Virus record (IMG/VR): IMGVR_UViG_3300017987_005500
DNA length: 64,000 nucleotides
Reading direction: 5' to 3' (one strand)
From: a virus
Taxonomy: Duplodnaviria; Heunggongvirae; Uroviricota; Caudoviricetes
In this document: positions 31,837 to 43,500 of the stretch, one piece after another
Numbering within the stretch: the first letter of the stretch is position 1
Layout of the letters: each line of letters opens with the position of its first letter
Program-made: the position numbers and the translations under genes
Notes under the pieces: generated by a model
What the model was told of the DNA's origin: nothing
Database searches by the model: none
The model's input: only the letters and a program-made list of their open reading frames with translations

Positions 31837-32604
31837 ATGAATGACAATTTGGCAGCAATGGTAACTGAGGATCCTGAAGCAAATGAAGCAGCAGCAATTC
31901 CTGAGGAAACAACTGAGGAAACAGCTACTGAAGCTGGGGAAGAAACTCAACAACCAGACGAACAAGAAGCATCTTTTGACGTGACTGTAACTGCCTTATT
32001 TCCATGGTTTGTAGGTAATAAAGAAAACTTTGGAGATAATGTAACTCATGTCAAAGCAAAGATTAAAAGAGTAAATCCTGAAGAAGATCTTATCATCACA
32101 GTTCCTCATCCAGACGGAACCGTATCAATGGAAAATGATGTTGAAGTTCCTGATAGAAAAATAAGGATCTTTGATAAAGCAAATGAGATTTCAGTCCTCG
32201 ATCTACCCGGCGTCGATATGAGTGTCTTTAATCATAACATATTCCGTATTATTTATGGAACTCCTGTTGAAGGAATTTTCATTAAATATTATGGAGTATC
32301 TTCCCGACACGTTGTATTTTGCAAAGAAGGTGATGATGTATTGATACCTTACGCAATCCAAAAACTTAAAAAGAATGATGAAGGTCTTGACATGATTCTT
32401 CCTCCTGATGACCTTGATGAAAAACTTGCTGCTCAGGTTGCTATGGAAGATCTCATTCTTCGATATAAACAAATCGAAAAGTTTCAGGAAGGACTTGAGA
32501 CAAATCTTGATGTAATAAAATTCTTCCATGCAAAGATTGCAACTGTAGTCGATGTAAATCATTTACTTCAAATTGATAATGCAATAATCAGCTTAGTTGC
32601 ATAA
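31837..32604 (+). CDS. Hypothetical acidic protein
   Basis: AAGGAG SD. Confidence 0.6.
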   Translation: MNDNLAAMVTEDPEANEAAAIPEETTEETATEAGEETQQPDEQEASFDVTVTALFPWFVGNKENFGDNVTHVKAKIKRVNPEEDLIITVPHPDGTVSMENDVEVPDRKIRIFDKANEISVLDLPGVDMSVFNHNIFRIIYGTPVEGIFIKYYGVSSRHVVFCKEGDDVLIPYAIQKLKKNDEGLDMILPPDDLDEKLAAQVAMEDLILRYKQIEKFQEGLETNLDVIKFFHAKIATVVDVNHLLQIDNAIISLVA

Positions 32605-33327
32605 ATGAATATAAATCCATCACTTGGGTTTCTTTTACGTGATGTGTATGTATATGATATTGAATCATGTCATTATACAATATTGAATAGTCTTGGATAT
32701 GACGTCTCAGCAATCCCTGAGGATAAATTTGAAAGAAATAAATTCATTGGATTAATGATGAAAGATAATCCAAGACTTATTCAAATATTAAGACAAATAA
32801 CGTCAGCAACTTTAGATGAATATATTTTAAGAAATAGAATAAAAGATGATGAAATTGTATTAAGACAGTATGATGGAATCATCACAACACGAAGATTAGT
32901 TGAAACGACTACAAAATATATTCCCTTACCTTTAAGGAAGACTTATGAATATTTCCTATCATCTATAGATAGACACAGTTATCTTGCATATGATGGAAAT
33001 AAAGCGACTATAAAAGGAGTTGCTCATAGATATGATGAAATTGACTTAATGTTAAAGAAACTTATCAGATGTAATTTCTCAGATAGAGTTGCAACGTTTA
33101 AGGCATTACAAAGAATTAAAGATGAAATTGTTTTCTCTAAGAATTCAAATTTATTTTGTATTCCTGCAGGAAATAAAAATTATCTATTCTTAAAAGCTTA
33201 TGGACAAATTGAAGTTTCTCCATCGTTTGCAAGAGTGATGGATGTTAATGACATTGATAGGCAAAAGTATTTTGATTATTATTTAATGCCTTTTACAAAG
33301 GCGATTGTATTTGAAATGACTAAATGA
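32605..33327 (+). CDS. Divergent family-B DNA polymerase palm-like protein
   Basis: YDIESCHYTI (motif A-like), RQYDGI (motif C-like), IKGV; only 240 aa. Confidence 0.4.
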   Translation: MNINPSLGFLLRDVYVYDIESCHYTILNSLGYDVSAIPEDKFERNKFIGLMMKDNPRLIQILRQITSATLDEYILRNRIKDDEIVLRQYDGIITTRRLVETTTKYIPLPLRKTYEYFLSSIDRHSYLAYDGNKATIKGVAHRYDEIDLMLKKLIRCNFSDRVATFKALQRIKDEIVFSKNSNLFCIPAGNKNYLFLKAYGQIEVSPSFARVMDVNDIDRQKYFDYYLMPFTKAIVFEMTK

Positions 33328-33494
33328 TAGATTGGCCAGCTGTATTTCAACTAGCAACCTGTGTATTGACCACTTTAGCGATAGTTTATCATAACCCTAT
33401 CCTATTGGGTATATCTATCGTGTTAACCTTTATATTATTCGTTTTGATACCTTATTATTACGGATATTACACAGAGGATGATGAAGATGTGTGA
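33324..33494 (+). CDS. 56-aa two-TM membrane protein (not in ORF track)
   Basis: MIDWPAVFQLATCVLTTLAIVYHNPILLGISIVLTFILFVLIPYYYGYYTEDDEDV; ATGA overlap with the upstream stop. Confidence 0.55.
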   Translation: MIDWPAVFQLATCVLTTLAIVYHNPILLGISIVLTFILFVLIPYYYGYYTEDDEDV

Positions 33495-34056
33495 AGAAGA
33501 GAAAAAACCTAAAAAGATCTTAGAACTTGGAGCAGGAAAACATTGGAAAAAGTATTCTAAGAAAACAAAAGTATTAGCGACATGTGTTGATTCTTCATAT
33601 GAGAGAGGACCTAGTTATATGTATGACAATATAACTCTCATAGGAAGAGATATATTTAAATTCCTTGAAAAATGCAATGAATCATTTGACGATATTATTG
33701 CTAACAGAGTATTCGAGCATATTGACTATGATAAACTTCCTTACTTATTTTACTTATGCAAAGAAGTACTCAACACTAATGGGGAATTGACTTTTACAGT
33801 ACCTGATTTCTCAAAGATACTTGAGAAGATCAATGAAATCGATCCAAATGGACCAGCGGCACAATTCAATCGAGATATGATTGATACACATACTGAACTT
33901 TTTAATACACCAAAAGATCCTCATAGATCAATATGGACAAAAACTCTGGTTAGATATTATGTCGAGCTTGAGGATTTCTGGAAATTTCAAGATGTTGCTC
34001 ATGTGACATTGGATAACAGAGATTGGTATATGAGAGTAATTCTTAAGAAAAAATAA
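33478..34056 (+). CDS. Class I SAM-dependent methyltransferase
   Basis: ILELGAG, FDDIIANRVFEHI, VLNTNGELTFTVPD. Confidence 0.85.
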   Translation: MMKMCEEEKKPKKILELGAGKHWKKYSKKTKVLATCVDSSYERGPSYMYDNITLIGRDIFKFLEKCNESFDDIIANRVFEHIDYDKLPYLFYLCKEVLNTNGELTFTVPDFSKILEKINEIDPNGPAAQFNRDMIDTHTELFNTPKDPHRSIWTKTLVRYYVELEDFWKFQDVAHVTLDNRDWYMRVILKKK

Positions 34057-34347
34057 TAATGGATTAATAGGAAGGAGGGGTACCTATTTGCTTGAGCTGA
34101 TAAATTAATTATATTAGATAACTTATAAAGAATACATTAGATTGTTTTATAGAAGTATTTAGATTATATATAATTTATAGAATGTATAACATTGTTTGCA
34201 CATAGTTGAAAGCAGGGTGTTATAAATATACTTAAAAATAAATTATTTAGAGTTTTACAGGGACTCATTGTACAATGTTGAAAACAATGAGTCTCTTTTA
34301 TAGATGGAATAATATTAATAGAGAATAAACGAAAGGAACTTAATAAA

Positions 34348-35280
34348 ATGGAAACAAATTTCAGTGAAAATCATGAAGTAATGGGACTTAATGACGATGG
34401 AGATAATTGCTACTCATACGTTGATCAGTATTCTGCAATTAAATATATGCAACTTGCAACCAAAAAAGATGGACACGACGTCCCTACATTTGCAATCTTT
34501 GTAAAACCTCTTGACGTTGATGTTGAGGAAGGCGATGTATTGGAAGGATATCGCTATATTGGAAACATCTCTGGGTCTTACCAATTCGTAGGTAATGACA
34601 TTCTTGCACAGACAATTCGCGACTCCATCTCTGCTGCCGGCCAAGCTGTATTTCGAGAATATCCCATTTTACTTCCTAATCTTACAGGTTTCATGACTGA
34701 AATGGTTATTGAACATCCGACCACAATGGAAAATGTTGGCACAGTTCGTCCACAGATAAACCTTTCAAATAGCTATAATGGAACTGCCAAAGCATGTGTT
34801 TCATTCGGATTCTCCATATATGAAGCTGGAGCAATTGAAAGTCGTAATGGTTTTGGTTTTGATAAAAAGATGATTACGTTAAAACAAGTCCATGTAAACA
34901 GTGCCCCGACATTGATGACTGGAGCTGTTTCCGGATATGTTGATATCTTCTCTACCAACATTGGTCAAATGATTGAAGAGAACTTCAATTCAGTAATTCC
35001 TGAAGATGATGCTATGAAAGTTCTTGAAATGATTGAAAAGACCGGCGCCGGGAAAACAAGACATGCTATGATCTCTGAGTATTTTGAATCAATTCCAAAT
35101 AAAACATCCTGGAATATATTTCATGCTCTTACCAGATTCTCCACAATGGAAACAAATCTCAATGCAAAGAAATTACTTGAGAATGTGGCAGAGTCCGTAT
35201 TGACAGTTCCTGCACAGATGGTTGATGCAATTGAATCTTTCAATGGAACAATTGCTCAGCAATTGGAAGAGGCAGCTTAA
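34348..35280 (+). CDS. DUF932-like protein
   Basis: INLSNSYNGT...H...TSWNIFHALT pattern. Confidence 0.6.
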   Translation: METNFSENHEVMGLNDDGDNCYSYVDQYSAIKYMQLATKKDGHDVPTFAIFVKPLDVDVEEGDVLEGYRYIGNISGSYQFVGNDILAQTIRDSISAAGQAVFREYPILLPNLTGFMTEMVIEHPTTMENVGTVRPQINLSNSYNGTAKACVSFGFSIYEAGAIESRNGFGFDKKMITLKQVHVNSAPTLMTGAVSGYVDIFSTNIGQMIEENFNSVIPEDDAMKVLEMIEKTGAGKTRHAMISEYFESIPNKTSWNIFHALTRFSTMETNLNAKKLLENVAESVLTVPAQMVDAIESFNGTIAQQLEEAA

Positions 35281-35362
35281 ATTGAGTTATGTTAGCGATG
35301 TATGGCTTGAAACAATGAGAAGACTTCATGTCCATACATCGCATAACAAAGAGGATAATAGA

Positions 35363-35914
35363 ATGAAATTCACAATTAAATTGACCAATGAACTTGGAAA
35401 AAGAATTATAGATTATCCAATGGGAAATATTGGGTTAGATGCTGTTGATAATCTTCGACGAGATATCAATATGCCTGATCTTGACTTATCACTCATTGAT
35501 GCCAGCATTTCATGTCCTTCATGTACAATGTGTTTAACTTTAGAATTAACTGAAGATCAAGCAAGACAAGCAGGTATATTTAGAGGTCAAAAAGAAATCA
35601 CAGTATATATTCCAGACTCTTATTTAGGAAGATACTTAACAATCGAACCTGACATTAAGAAAGAAAAAGTTTCTAGAGTTGTTCCAACATCTGATCATAT
35701 TAAAAAGTTTTTTAAGATTATTGATGAAGTTAAAACATACACAAGAGAAATTCAAAAAGTTGGATTCAAATATGTTATATGCAAATCAAAGATCGTAGAA
35801 GACTGGTTAAACGCTGGAGCTCCTGTTTATTGGGATTGTAAAAAAGTGACCAAAGAAGAGTTGGACGCTATTAAAAAGAAACAGGAAGAAGAGTTTGAAT
35901 TCAGTGATATTTAA
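35363..35914 (+). CDS. Hypothetical protein (start moved to ATG 35363; preceded by a long hairpin at 35291-35347)
   Basis: GAGG SD; CPSC motif. Confidence 0.55.
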   Translation: MKFTIKLTNELGKRIIDYPMGNIGLDAVDNLRRDINMPDLDLSLIDASISCPSCTMCLTLELTEDQARQAGIFRGQKEITVYIPDSYLGRYLTIEPDIKKEKVSRVVPTSDHIKKFFKIIDEVKTYTREIQKVGFKYVICKSKIVEDWLNAGAPVYWDCKKVTKEELDAIKKKQEEEFEFSDI

Positions 35915-35937
35915 TTATATCATAAGATAGATTGAAA

Positions 35938-35971
35938 TGAGGTTCCTTCTTTAGGGAACCTTATTTTTTTT
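35938..35971 (+). terminator. Rho-independent terminator
   Basis: AGGTTCCT/GGGAACCT stem followed by a T-run. Confidence 0.75.
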
Positions 35972-35973
35972 GC

Positions 35974-35988
35974 AGAACAAATAATAAA
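35974..35988 (+). promoter_or_regulatory. Putative late promoter motif B (GAACAAAW)
   Basis: AGAACAAATAATAAA; identical copy at 59707-59721(-); variants at 21701(+), 37889(+), 54811-54825(-), 55257-55267(-), 55857-55870(-). Confidence 0.6.
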
Positions 35989-36003
35989 AGAGGAGTTATA
36001 TTC

Positions 36004-37239
36004 ATGCCTGAGAATATTGGTGAAAGAGTCGTAACCCCAACAAGGGGATGGGACTTTCAATTGATAATTAAAAATAGAGATTATTCTGCTGACATATTTA
36101 GAGTCCGTATAGTTTCGTCTATTACGGTTCCTTATCAAACTATATTCTTTGATGTTTTCATAGATCAAAATGATATTATATTGGATAAGATGTATGGACA
36201 GGATAAGATAAAACTTCAGGTAAGATTATTAGAGCAAAACTCCGCAATGCCAAAAGAGGAAATTGATTTTGAATTAATGTATGTAACTTCGGATTATCCA
36301 TTAACAATGAAAAAACAGAAATCGGAGGGTGTTGAGAAAGACAGAGTTCCTGTAAGTTTTGTAACAGTGCCAAGAGCTGCATTTAAATCAGCTACCTCAA
36401 TTGTGAATAAAATATATTTAAAGAAGACGGCAAAAGAGATTGTTGAAGATATTGTTAAGACATTTACAAATGCTAAAATTGAACATGACACTGATGGAGT
36501 AAATCCTTTAGTTATTGATCAAGTAATTATTCCTCCAAAACCATTAATGAAATCAATTAGATATATTGATGAAACATTTGGAATTTTTTCAGGTCCTGTA
36601 GTGCAATTTATTGATAAAGATAATAAACTCTTTGTGATAAATTTAAACAAAAAATTTGATAAGAATCAAACATTCACAGTTTATCAATTAGCATTGGATG
36701 CTGTTGATGATGATATTATAGATAAATGTAGTGATGGTAAAAACTTTTATACATACTCAGATTTCAAAAGTCATTATTCTGGGAACTCTAAATTTACAAC
36801 ATTGGGTAAACAGCAACATTATATTGTAAAACCAAGAGATAGTTTATCTTATACAATTAATCATGACGTAACTAAAATTATGGCAGACAATGGATTGATA
36901 TTTAAAAATCCAAAACCTTACATTGATAATGTTATTGATGATAGACATAGAGTATATAATAATCACACAGGTTACGATTATGATGAAGTTTTTGCAATAG
37001 CTGGAATGACTCCTTCTCTTTCTAATATGGCAGGACTTTCAATAGATTTAGAAAAAAATTTACCAATAATGAGATTGATGGAAGTTGGAAGAACTGTTAA
37101 AGTCAATTCTGGAAATCAAGAAATGGTTGATCTTACTGGGAAATATATTTTAAAATCAAGTGATCTTGTATTTCATAGAGAAGGTGAATGGCAATCAACT
37201 GCAAAAATAAATTTAATTCGCTCAAATAAAACAATTTAG
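36004..37239 (+). CDS. Probable baseplate hub-like virion protein
   Basis: C-terminal VGRTVKV...LTGKYILKS...F.....W...INL pattern typical of hub proteins; motif B upstream. Confidence 0.45.
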   Translation: MPENIGERVVTPTRGWDFQLIIKNRDYSADIFRVRIVSSITVPYQTIFFDVFIDQNDIILDKMYGQDKIKLQVRLLEQNSAMPKEEIDFELMYVTSDYPLTMKKQKSEGVEKDRVPVSFVTVPRAAFKSATSIVNKIYLKKTAKEIVEDIVKTFTNAKIEHDTDGVNPLVIDQVIIPPKPLMKSIRYIDETFGIFSGPVVQFIDKDNKLFVINLNKKFDKNQTFTVYQLALDAVDDDIIDKCSDGKNFYTYSDFKSHYSGNSKFTTLGKQQHYIVKPRDSLSYTINHDVTKIMADNGLIFKNPKPYIDNVIDDRHRVYNNHTGYDYDEVFAIAGMTPSLSNMAGLSIDLEKNLPIMRLMEVGRTVKVNSGNQEMVDLTGKYILKSSDLVFHREGEWQSTAKINLIRSNKTI

Positions 37240-37432
37240 ATACAACAAAAATTTGTGCTGGGCAGCGCCCAACACCCCAATCATCCTGGTTAATGAGGAT
37301 GACTAGGCATTTGCCATAACCTAATCCTCCTCTATACTACGGGGTTTCTTTTGATACTCGTACAACTTTTTAGTTGGTTTATTAGATAAACCATTATAGC
37401 GTCACCTCCTTCCAAAACTTTATGTGCATACG

Positions 37433-37771
37433 TTAGTCAAAAAACTTAGCTTGCGTCTTAAGTGCAGCTGAAAGTTTTCTACTTTTAGTTTCGTTCCTAC
37501 CTGCACGGTTTCCTCCAAAGTCAATTAATACAGTTCGGTCGCATTTTGTACAGTGACCTTTGTCGCTAAATACGAATCGTTTTCCCACGATTCTGTCTGG
37601 AGTGATTAACCCATTACATTTTTCATATGGACAAATTGCAGTGTTTAATCCCGGTTCTAATTTGACTGTTTTTAAATTCGTGGTTTTTCTTGGTACTTCT
37701 TTTGAATCAGTTTCAGTCCACCTCCTTTTACTCTTATGTGTCCTTTCGGTAAATACAAGGACCTCGCTCAT
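37433..37771 (-). CDS. Zn-ribbon protein
   Basis: CPYEKC...CTKC; GGAGG SD; motif A upstream. Confidence 0.6.
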   Translation of the reverse strand: MSEVLVFTERTHKSKRRWTETDSKEVPRKTTNLKTVKLEPGLNTAICPYEKCNGLITPDRIVGKRFVFSDKGHCTKCDRTVLIDFGGNRAGRNETKSRKLSAALKTQAKFFD

Positions 37772-37922
37772 AAAACCTCCAAAAATTAGAGTTATTATTT
37801 ATGTGAGTTGCTATTAAAAAATCAAACCAACTCACTCCTTCTATAAATTAATATATATAGCATAAGAATCCATTCTAAATTTTTTTTTAGAACAAAATAA
37901 AAATCCGTAATATGGAGAGTGT

Positions 37923-39587
37923 ATGGCAGCGACAGCACAAGTAACTAAAATGCAACAATTTGTATTGGAGTATTATAAGTGTAAGAAATCCTTTGATTAT
38001 TTTTGCAGTAATTATATTTATATAGAAATGCCAGGTAAGGACGTTTTACTTAAACCATATGCACCACAAAAGAATCTTATTGATTTAATTACACAAGATA
38101 AAATGGTTTTAGTCCTTAAAAGTAGACAAATAGGGATCTCTACAATTGTCCAAGCATATTGTTGTTGGTTAGTTACCTTTTATAAGAACACAGTTGTTGG
38201 TATTATTTCAAAAGATGGAAGAGAAGCTACAGACTTTGCAAGAACAACAAGAGGAATGTTTGAAAAACTCCCATTATGGATGAAACCTAAAAATGGTGTT
38301 CAAGGTCCTGGATTTGCAAAGAGAACTGAACAATCATTTATATTAACCAATGGATCAAAAGTATATGCTTCAACTGTAAATCCAAATGCTCCAGAGAAGA
38401 CTCTTCGTGGTAAGGCAATTACATTCTTAATAATTGATGAGGCAGCTTTCGTCAATAAGGTTGATGATGCTTGGACTTCAATGGTACCTGCTTTATCAAC
38501 AAATCAAATGCATGCAAGAAAGAATAATGTTCCTTATGGCACAATTGTATTATCAACACCAAATAAAACAGTTGGAGTTGGTAAATGGTTTTTTGAGAGA
38601 TATACAAAAGCTATAAATGGTGATGGCATTATGAAACCATTCACAATTCATTGGCAAGATGTTGCTGAGTTAGCTGATGATCCTGATTGGTATAAATTAC
38701 AATGTGAGTTATTTGATAATGACCCAAAGAAAATCCAACAAGAGCTTGAATTGAAATTCCTTGGTAGCAGTGGGTCTTTCTTTGAGGAAGATATAATTGA
38801 GAAATTACAAGAGTTAGCAATTGAACCAATTGAAAGACTTAAAATATTCAATGGAGAAATATGGAAATTTCAACAACCTATTCCAGGAAGATATTATATA
38901 ATTGGAGTTGATACAGCACCTGAACATGGACTTGATAAATCAGCAATTGCAGTTTATGATTATCAAACTATGGAGCAGGTATGGGAATATCAAGGTAAAT
39001 GTAAAGTCTTAGATTTTGTTAAAGTTGTTAAAGTTGCATGTGCTCAATATCCAGGATTATGTGTAATTGAAAATAACTCATATGGAAACCAAGTTGTTGA
39101 ACATATGAATGCTAGCGAATTTTCAACTATGGTTTATAAAGAGAAAAGAGGAAAGAACACAGTTGTTCCTGGACTCAGTACAAATTCAAAGACACGCCCA
39201 TTAATGATCGACTCATTATATTCATACATTACTGAGTTCACAGAAATTGTAAATTCAAAAAGATTAGCATTAGAGTTAGTTGGACTTGTGTCAAAATCAA
39301 GTGGAAGAGTTGAAGCAGATAGTGATTGTCATGATGATATTGTAATGGCAACTGCGTGTTGTACATATGTAAGAAAATATGACCCACCATTATTAATTGA
39401 TACATCTGTATCAACTCTTGTTCAGCAAGAATTTTCAAATATTATGGGTATGAATGATGACTTATCTTTAACTGAATTTAGTAATGCTAAATTGATAAAA
39501 CATATTAAAGCTAACTTAGATGGTGAGAATTTAAATAGAGATGAACAAGGAGTCATTGACGTATTAGGAATGTACGGAATACATTAA
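37923..39587 (+). CDS. terL: Terminase large subunit (T4 gp17-like)
   Basis: KSRQIGIST, IIDEAAF, STPN, GVDTA, HDDIVMA. Confidence 0.93.
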   Translation: MAATAQVTKMQQFVLEYYKCKKSFDYFCSNYIYIEMPGKDVLLKPYAPQKNLIDLITQDKMVLVLKSRQIGISTIVQAYCCWLVTFYKNTVVGIISKDGREATDFARTTRGMFEKLPLWMKPKNGVQGPGFAKRTEQSFILTNGSKVYASTVNPNAPEKTLRGKAITFLIIDEAAFVNKVDDAWTSMVPALSTNQMHARKNNVPYGTIVLSTPNKTVGVGKWFFERYTKAINGDGIMKPFTIHWQDVAELADDPDWYKLQCELFDNDPKKIQQELELKFLGSSGSFFEEDIIEKLQELAIEPIERLKIFNGEIWKFQQPIPGRYYIIGVDTAPEHGLDKSAIAVYDYQTMEQVWEYQGKCKVLDFVKVVKVACAQYPGLCVIENNSYGNQVVEHMNASEFSTMVYKEKRGKNTVVPGLSTNSKTRPLMIDSLYSYITEFTEIVNSKRLALELVGLVSKSSGRVEADSDCHDDIVMATACCTYVRKYDPPLLIDTSVSTLVQQEFSNIMGMNDDLSLTEFSNAKLIKHIKANLDGENLNRDEQGVIDVLGMYGIH

Positions 39588-39639
39588 TGAAAATTCCAAA
39601 CAATAATTTATTATTGTATTTAATATATATGGAGAAATT

Positions 39640-40548
39640 ATGGATAGATTAGGCGAAAATCAACAAACTTTGCAGGAATTTTTTGCTGCTCCAACAGGTC
39701 TCAAAAAGGTTGCATCTCTTGATGGAGAGGACTTATTTGGTTCACCTTCATTGAATTTATCATTCTTAAAATCTATGAGTGAATCTTCAAGAGCAAAACC
39801 ATTGATGAAGACAATGACTCGATTAGTTATGAATAAGAAACTTGTCCCATGTTGGATGAATAAAAATATACTAAAGTTTTATAAGTTTAAGATTTTCGGT
39901 CCAGCTCATAAGAAAATTGGAGCTGCATTTTATGCTCCTAAACATGGTAAAATATTTGTATTAATTGATAATAATATAAGCTCATTTGGATTTGCTTCAA
40001 ATGATTGGTTAGCTGTATTAACTATTCATGAGATGTGTCATTTAATGGTTGGATTAAAACCAGCTCAATTTAAATCTTCATTTAAACCAATATATACAGA
40101 GTTTTATAAAAATTATTTTGTTGATGCATTTAAGTTAACCAAACAACCAAGAGTTGATAAATTTACTAATTTTATTTATCAAAACTTTGATGTTAAATCT
40201 AAATTATCATATGCTCTATTTAAAAAATATAGAGAACACCTTGATGAATTTAAATCCTTATCTGTATTAAAAGATAAAGAATTTGATATGATGGCAGATC
40301 TTATTGTAAATGCTATACTTTTATCAGTAATTAATTTTAATATATTTTCAAATAATTATTATAAAAAGTATGCATCTGTAGTAAGACCAATAATTAATTC
40401 TTATAAAACATTAGTAGGAAATAAGATTACAAATGTTAATAGTATGTTTTATCAAGAGTTATATATACCATCTGAAGTCATTGCAATTTTATCTGAAATA
40501 CCTTCTTCATATTCATCAAAAATATATTCAGGACTTTCAAAATTATAG
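39640..40548 (+). CDS. Hypothetical protein with HExxH motif
   Basis: LTIHEMCH. Confidence 0.5.
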   Translation: MDRLGENQQTLQEFFAAPTGLKKVASLDGEDLFGSPSLNLSFLKSMSESSRAKPLMKTMTRLVMNKKLVPCWMNKNILKFYKFKIFGPAHKKIGAAFYAPKHGKIFVLIDNNISSFGFASNDWLAVLTIHEMCHLMVGLKPAQFKSSFKPIYTEFYKNYFVDAFKLTKQPRVDKFTNFIYQNFDVKSKLSYALFKKYREHLDEFKSLSVLKDKEFDMMADLIVNAILLSVINFNIFSNNYYKKYASVVRPIINSYKTLVGNKITNVNSMFYQELYIPSEVIAILSEIPSSYSSKIYSGLSKL

Positions 40549-40559
40549 GAGTTTGATTA

Positions 40560-43500
40560 ATGGCCGATTCGACTAATATAAATGATAAACCTGCATCTGA
40601 GTCTACAAAGTTAGAAGCAAAGCAGGCAAGTCAAGTTAGTTCTTTATCTTCATTTACTATGAAGATGCAAGAGCAAACTAAAAAAGATATTAAATCCATG
40701 GAAGATCGTATAGACTCTGTCATGAGATTTCAAGCCATGTCTAAAAAAAGAGCAGAGTATGCAGCGAAAGCAATTGATTCAAGTACGAAATCAAATAAAC
40801 AATTAGCATCCTCGACTTCTAAAATTCTTGGAAGCATGAATAATACAATAAAGCAATTAGCTGTTGGAACTCAAAAGATCACCACATCAACCGCAGTTGG
40901 TTCAAAAGATATGTTGAAACAATATGGTAAAGCAATAAGCGAAGATGTGAATTACAATAAACAAAATATGGTAGCAACTGCTCTATCTCAATCAACTCCT
41001 ATATTTGGATACTTTGCAGCAAAATTCATGGAAACTGATGTATTTCAAGGTGCTGCAGATAGAATAAAACTTAGATTAGGAGATGCTGTTAAAGATGCAT
41101 TTCAAGTTTCAAAAGGAATGTTAAGAACAGCTAAAGATAAAGTTTCAGATATATTTACACGCTCTGGAAAAGTTGAATATTCAGATGAGTCTAAAAGATA
41201 TCTTGGGGATACTGCAATTGCAGTTAAAGATGCTAAAGATAAAATTACTGGCAAATTTAAGAAACCTATACAAAAAGCTGCCAGAGGTGGTTATGTAGAT
41301 GAGACTGGAGTTGTTAAAGTACATAAGGGAGAAGTTATAACTCCAATTGAAAAACTTCCTCAAATTGCTGAAGCAATGACAAGAATGAGGAGAGTTGCTG
41401 ATACACCTACTGGAACATCTGTTCATGGGTTGATTAAAGTAATGGCAGATAATGCTGTATCAATGGAAGACTTCGTTGGTGAACAGCAAAAAATGAATAG
41501 ATCTTTAACTAAAAGTTTTATAGCAGGATGGAAAGAAGCAAGATCTCCAAAGAAGAAATCATTTGAAAATCGTATGTTAAAGGCAACTCTTGAAATGAAA
41601 GTTGCAATGGTTGGAATGACATCTCGAATGAAAATCGCTTGGCAGAGAGTTTTAACAGAACATCCATTATTCAGAAATTTACTTGGAGTTTCTGAAATTT
41701 TAAAGACAAGTATATTTACTCCAATACAATTCTTATTTGGAATGAGAGGTGGATATAGAAAATATCTTCCTAAAGGATTAAATAATTTTCAAAATATTAG
41801 TCAAATCTTAAATATTACATTTGTTCAGCAAATGCAAAAATTAGATAAAATAATCTTTTATCTAAAAACTCTTACAGAAGGAACTGTTGGAGAATCTGGA
41901 GATGTATTATTACAAAGATGGAAAGAAGAAGATAAAAAGAATCAAGATAAATGGAGTGTTGCATCAAGAATTAGAAATAAACTGAAGGGTGGACCAAAAG
42001 AAAAGAAAAGTCTTGGTGAACTTGGTCTTGCTAAATTAACTGCAAGATTAGGATTGGATAAAGAATCTCTTGATAAAGCAGGTATTACAACTTTATTGCA
42101 TATATTATCACCGAAAAAAGTTCTTAAAGGAATGGGTGTTAGTAAAGAAAGTACTCGAGATTATAGAACACAAGCTGGTCAGGCGGCAGAGAAAGCGAAA
42201 TGGTACGCAGGTTATGGTGCTGATGAAGCTAGAATGTATGGCGAGATGGGTAAAGAAAAAATGAAGGACAAAGCTTCTGAAATGAATCGCAATCTCAAAA
42301 AGAAAGCAGATAGAGCAAAATGGTATGCTGGATATGGTGCTGACGAAGCTAAGATGTATGGGGGAATGCTTAGAGATAAAATGCCATTTCTCGCAGATGG
42401 TGGATTATTAAAAAGGACTGGTCCAATATATGCTCATAAAGGAGAAATGGTATTACCAGCTGATAAGATGAATAGTCTTATTGATAGTTTTAATGAATCT
42501 GCTAAAATATTTAAAGATACTGCTAATCAGAAAAAAGAAAGAGCTAAATGGCGATATGGTTATGCAAAAGACGAAGCTAAGATGTATGGTGAATCTGTAA
42601 AAGAAAAAGCTGGAAAAGTAGGTGGATTATTTAGAAATATTGGAAGATTCTTTGGAATTGGATTAACATACGAAGAGAAGTTAGAACGTCAACAAAAGAA
42701 ACATGATAAGGAGATGAGAAAGAAAAGAAAAAAATGGCATAAATTTGATAATAAATTCTTTACCGCAATGGAAAAGGATTATCAAAAACATCTTAAACGC
42801 TCAACAAAAATAGCAACACGCATTGAAGGTTTTATAGAAAAGAGAACTACTAGGTTTACTAATTTTAAAACCAAATTAGCTGAGAAGCTTGAAAAAGGTA
42901 TTGAAAAGATTAAAACAAAGGGTGAAAAGAATCGCCAAAGAACTTTAGATACAATCGCTAAAGATGGTATTAAAAAGAGAAAGAAGATAGAAGAATATTG
43001 GGATTCTAGAGCTCTCAAACATCAACAAAAACGATTATCTAAAATAAGAAAAGCTCAAGATAAAATATTTGGTAAACATAAAAATATAATGAAGTATTTC
43101 TTTAACAAGCAACATCGTTTTGAAATGCAACAGGAGAGAAAAAGAAAGAAGATAGCAAAACAACAAGAGAAGGTTGAGAAAAAGAGAAATAAAGCTCTTA
43201 ATAAAGTCAAAGATCTTAAATTAAAAATTGAAAAGAATAGAGAGAAATGGCAAACCAAATTAGAAGCTAAGAAGAAAAAGATGGAAGAGAGATTAGAAAC
43301 TCGTAGAGCTAAATTAGAAGGAAGAGTTAAATTTCTCCAGCTAAAGAAACAAATGAAAGAAGATGAGCAAAAAGCAAAAATCCAAAGAATTAGAGATAAA
43401 GCTTTAATGAAGTTAGAGCAGAAAAAAGCTAAAGCAGAAATGAAAGTTAGAATGAAAGAAATGAAAGCAGAAACTGCTAAGTTAAAGAAACAAATGAAAG

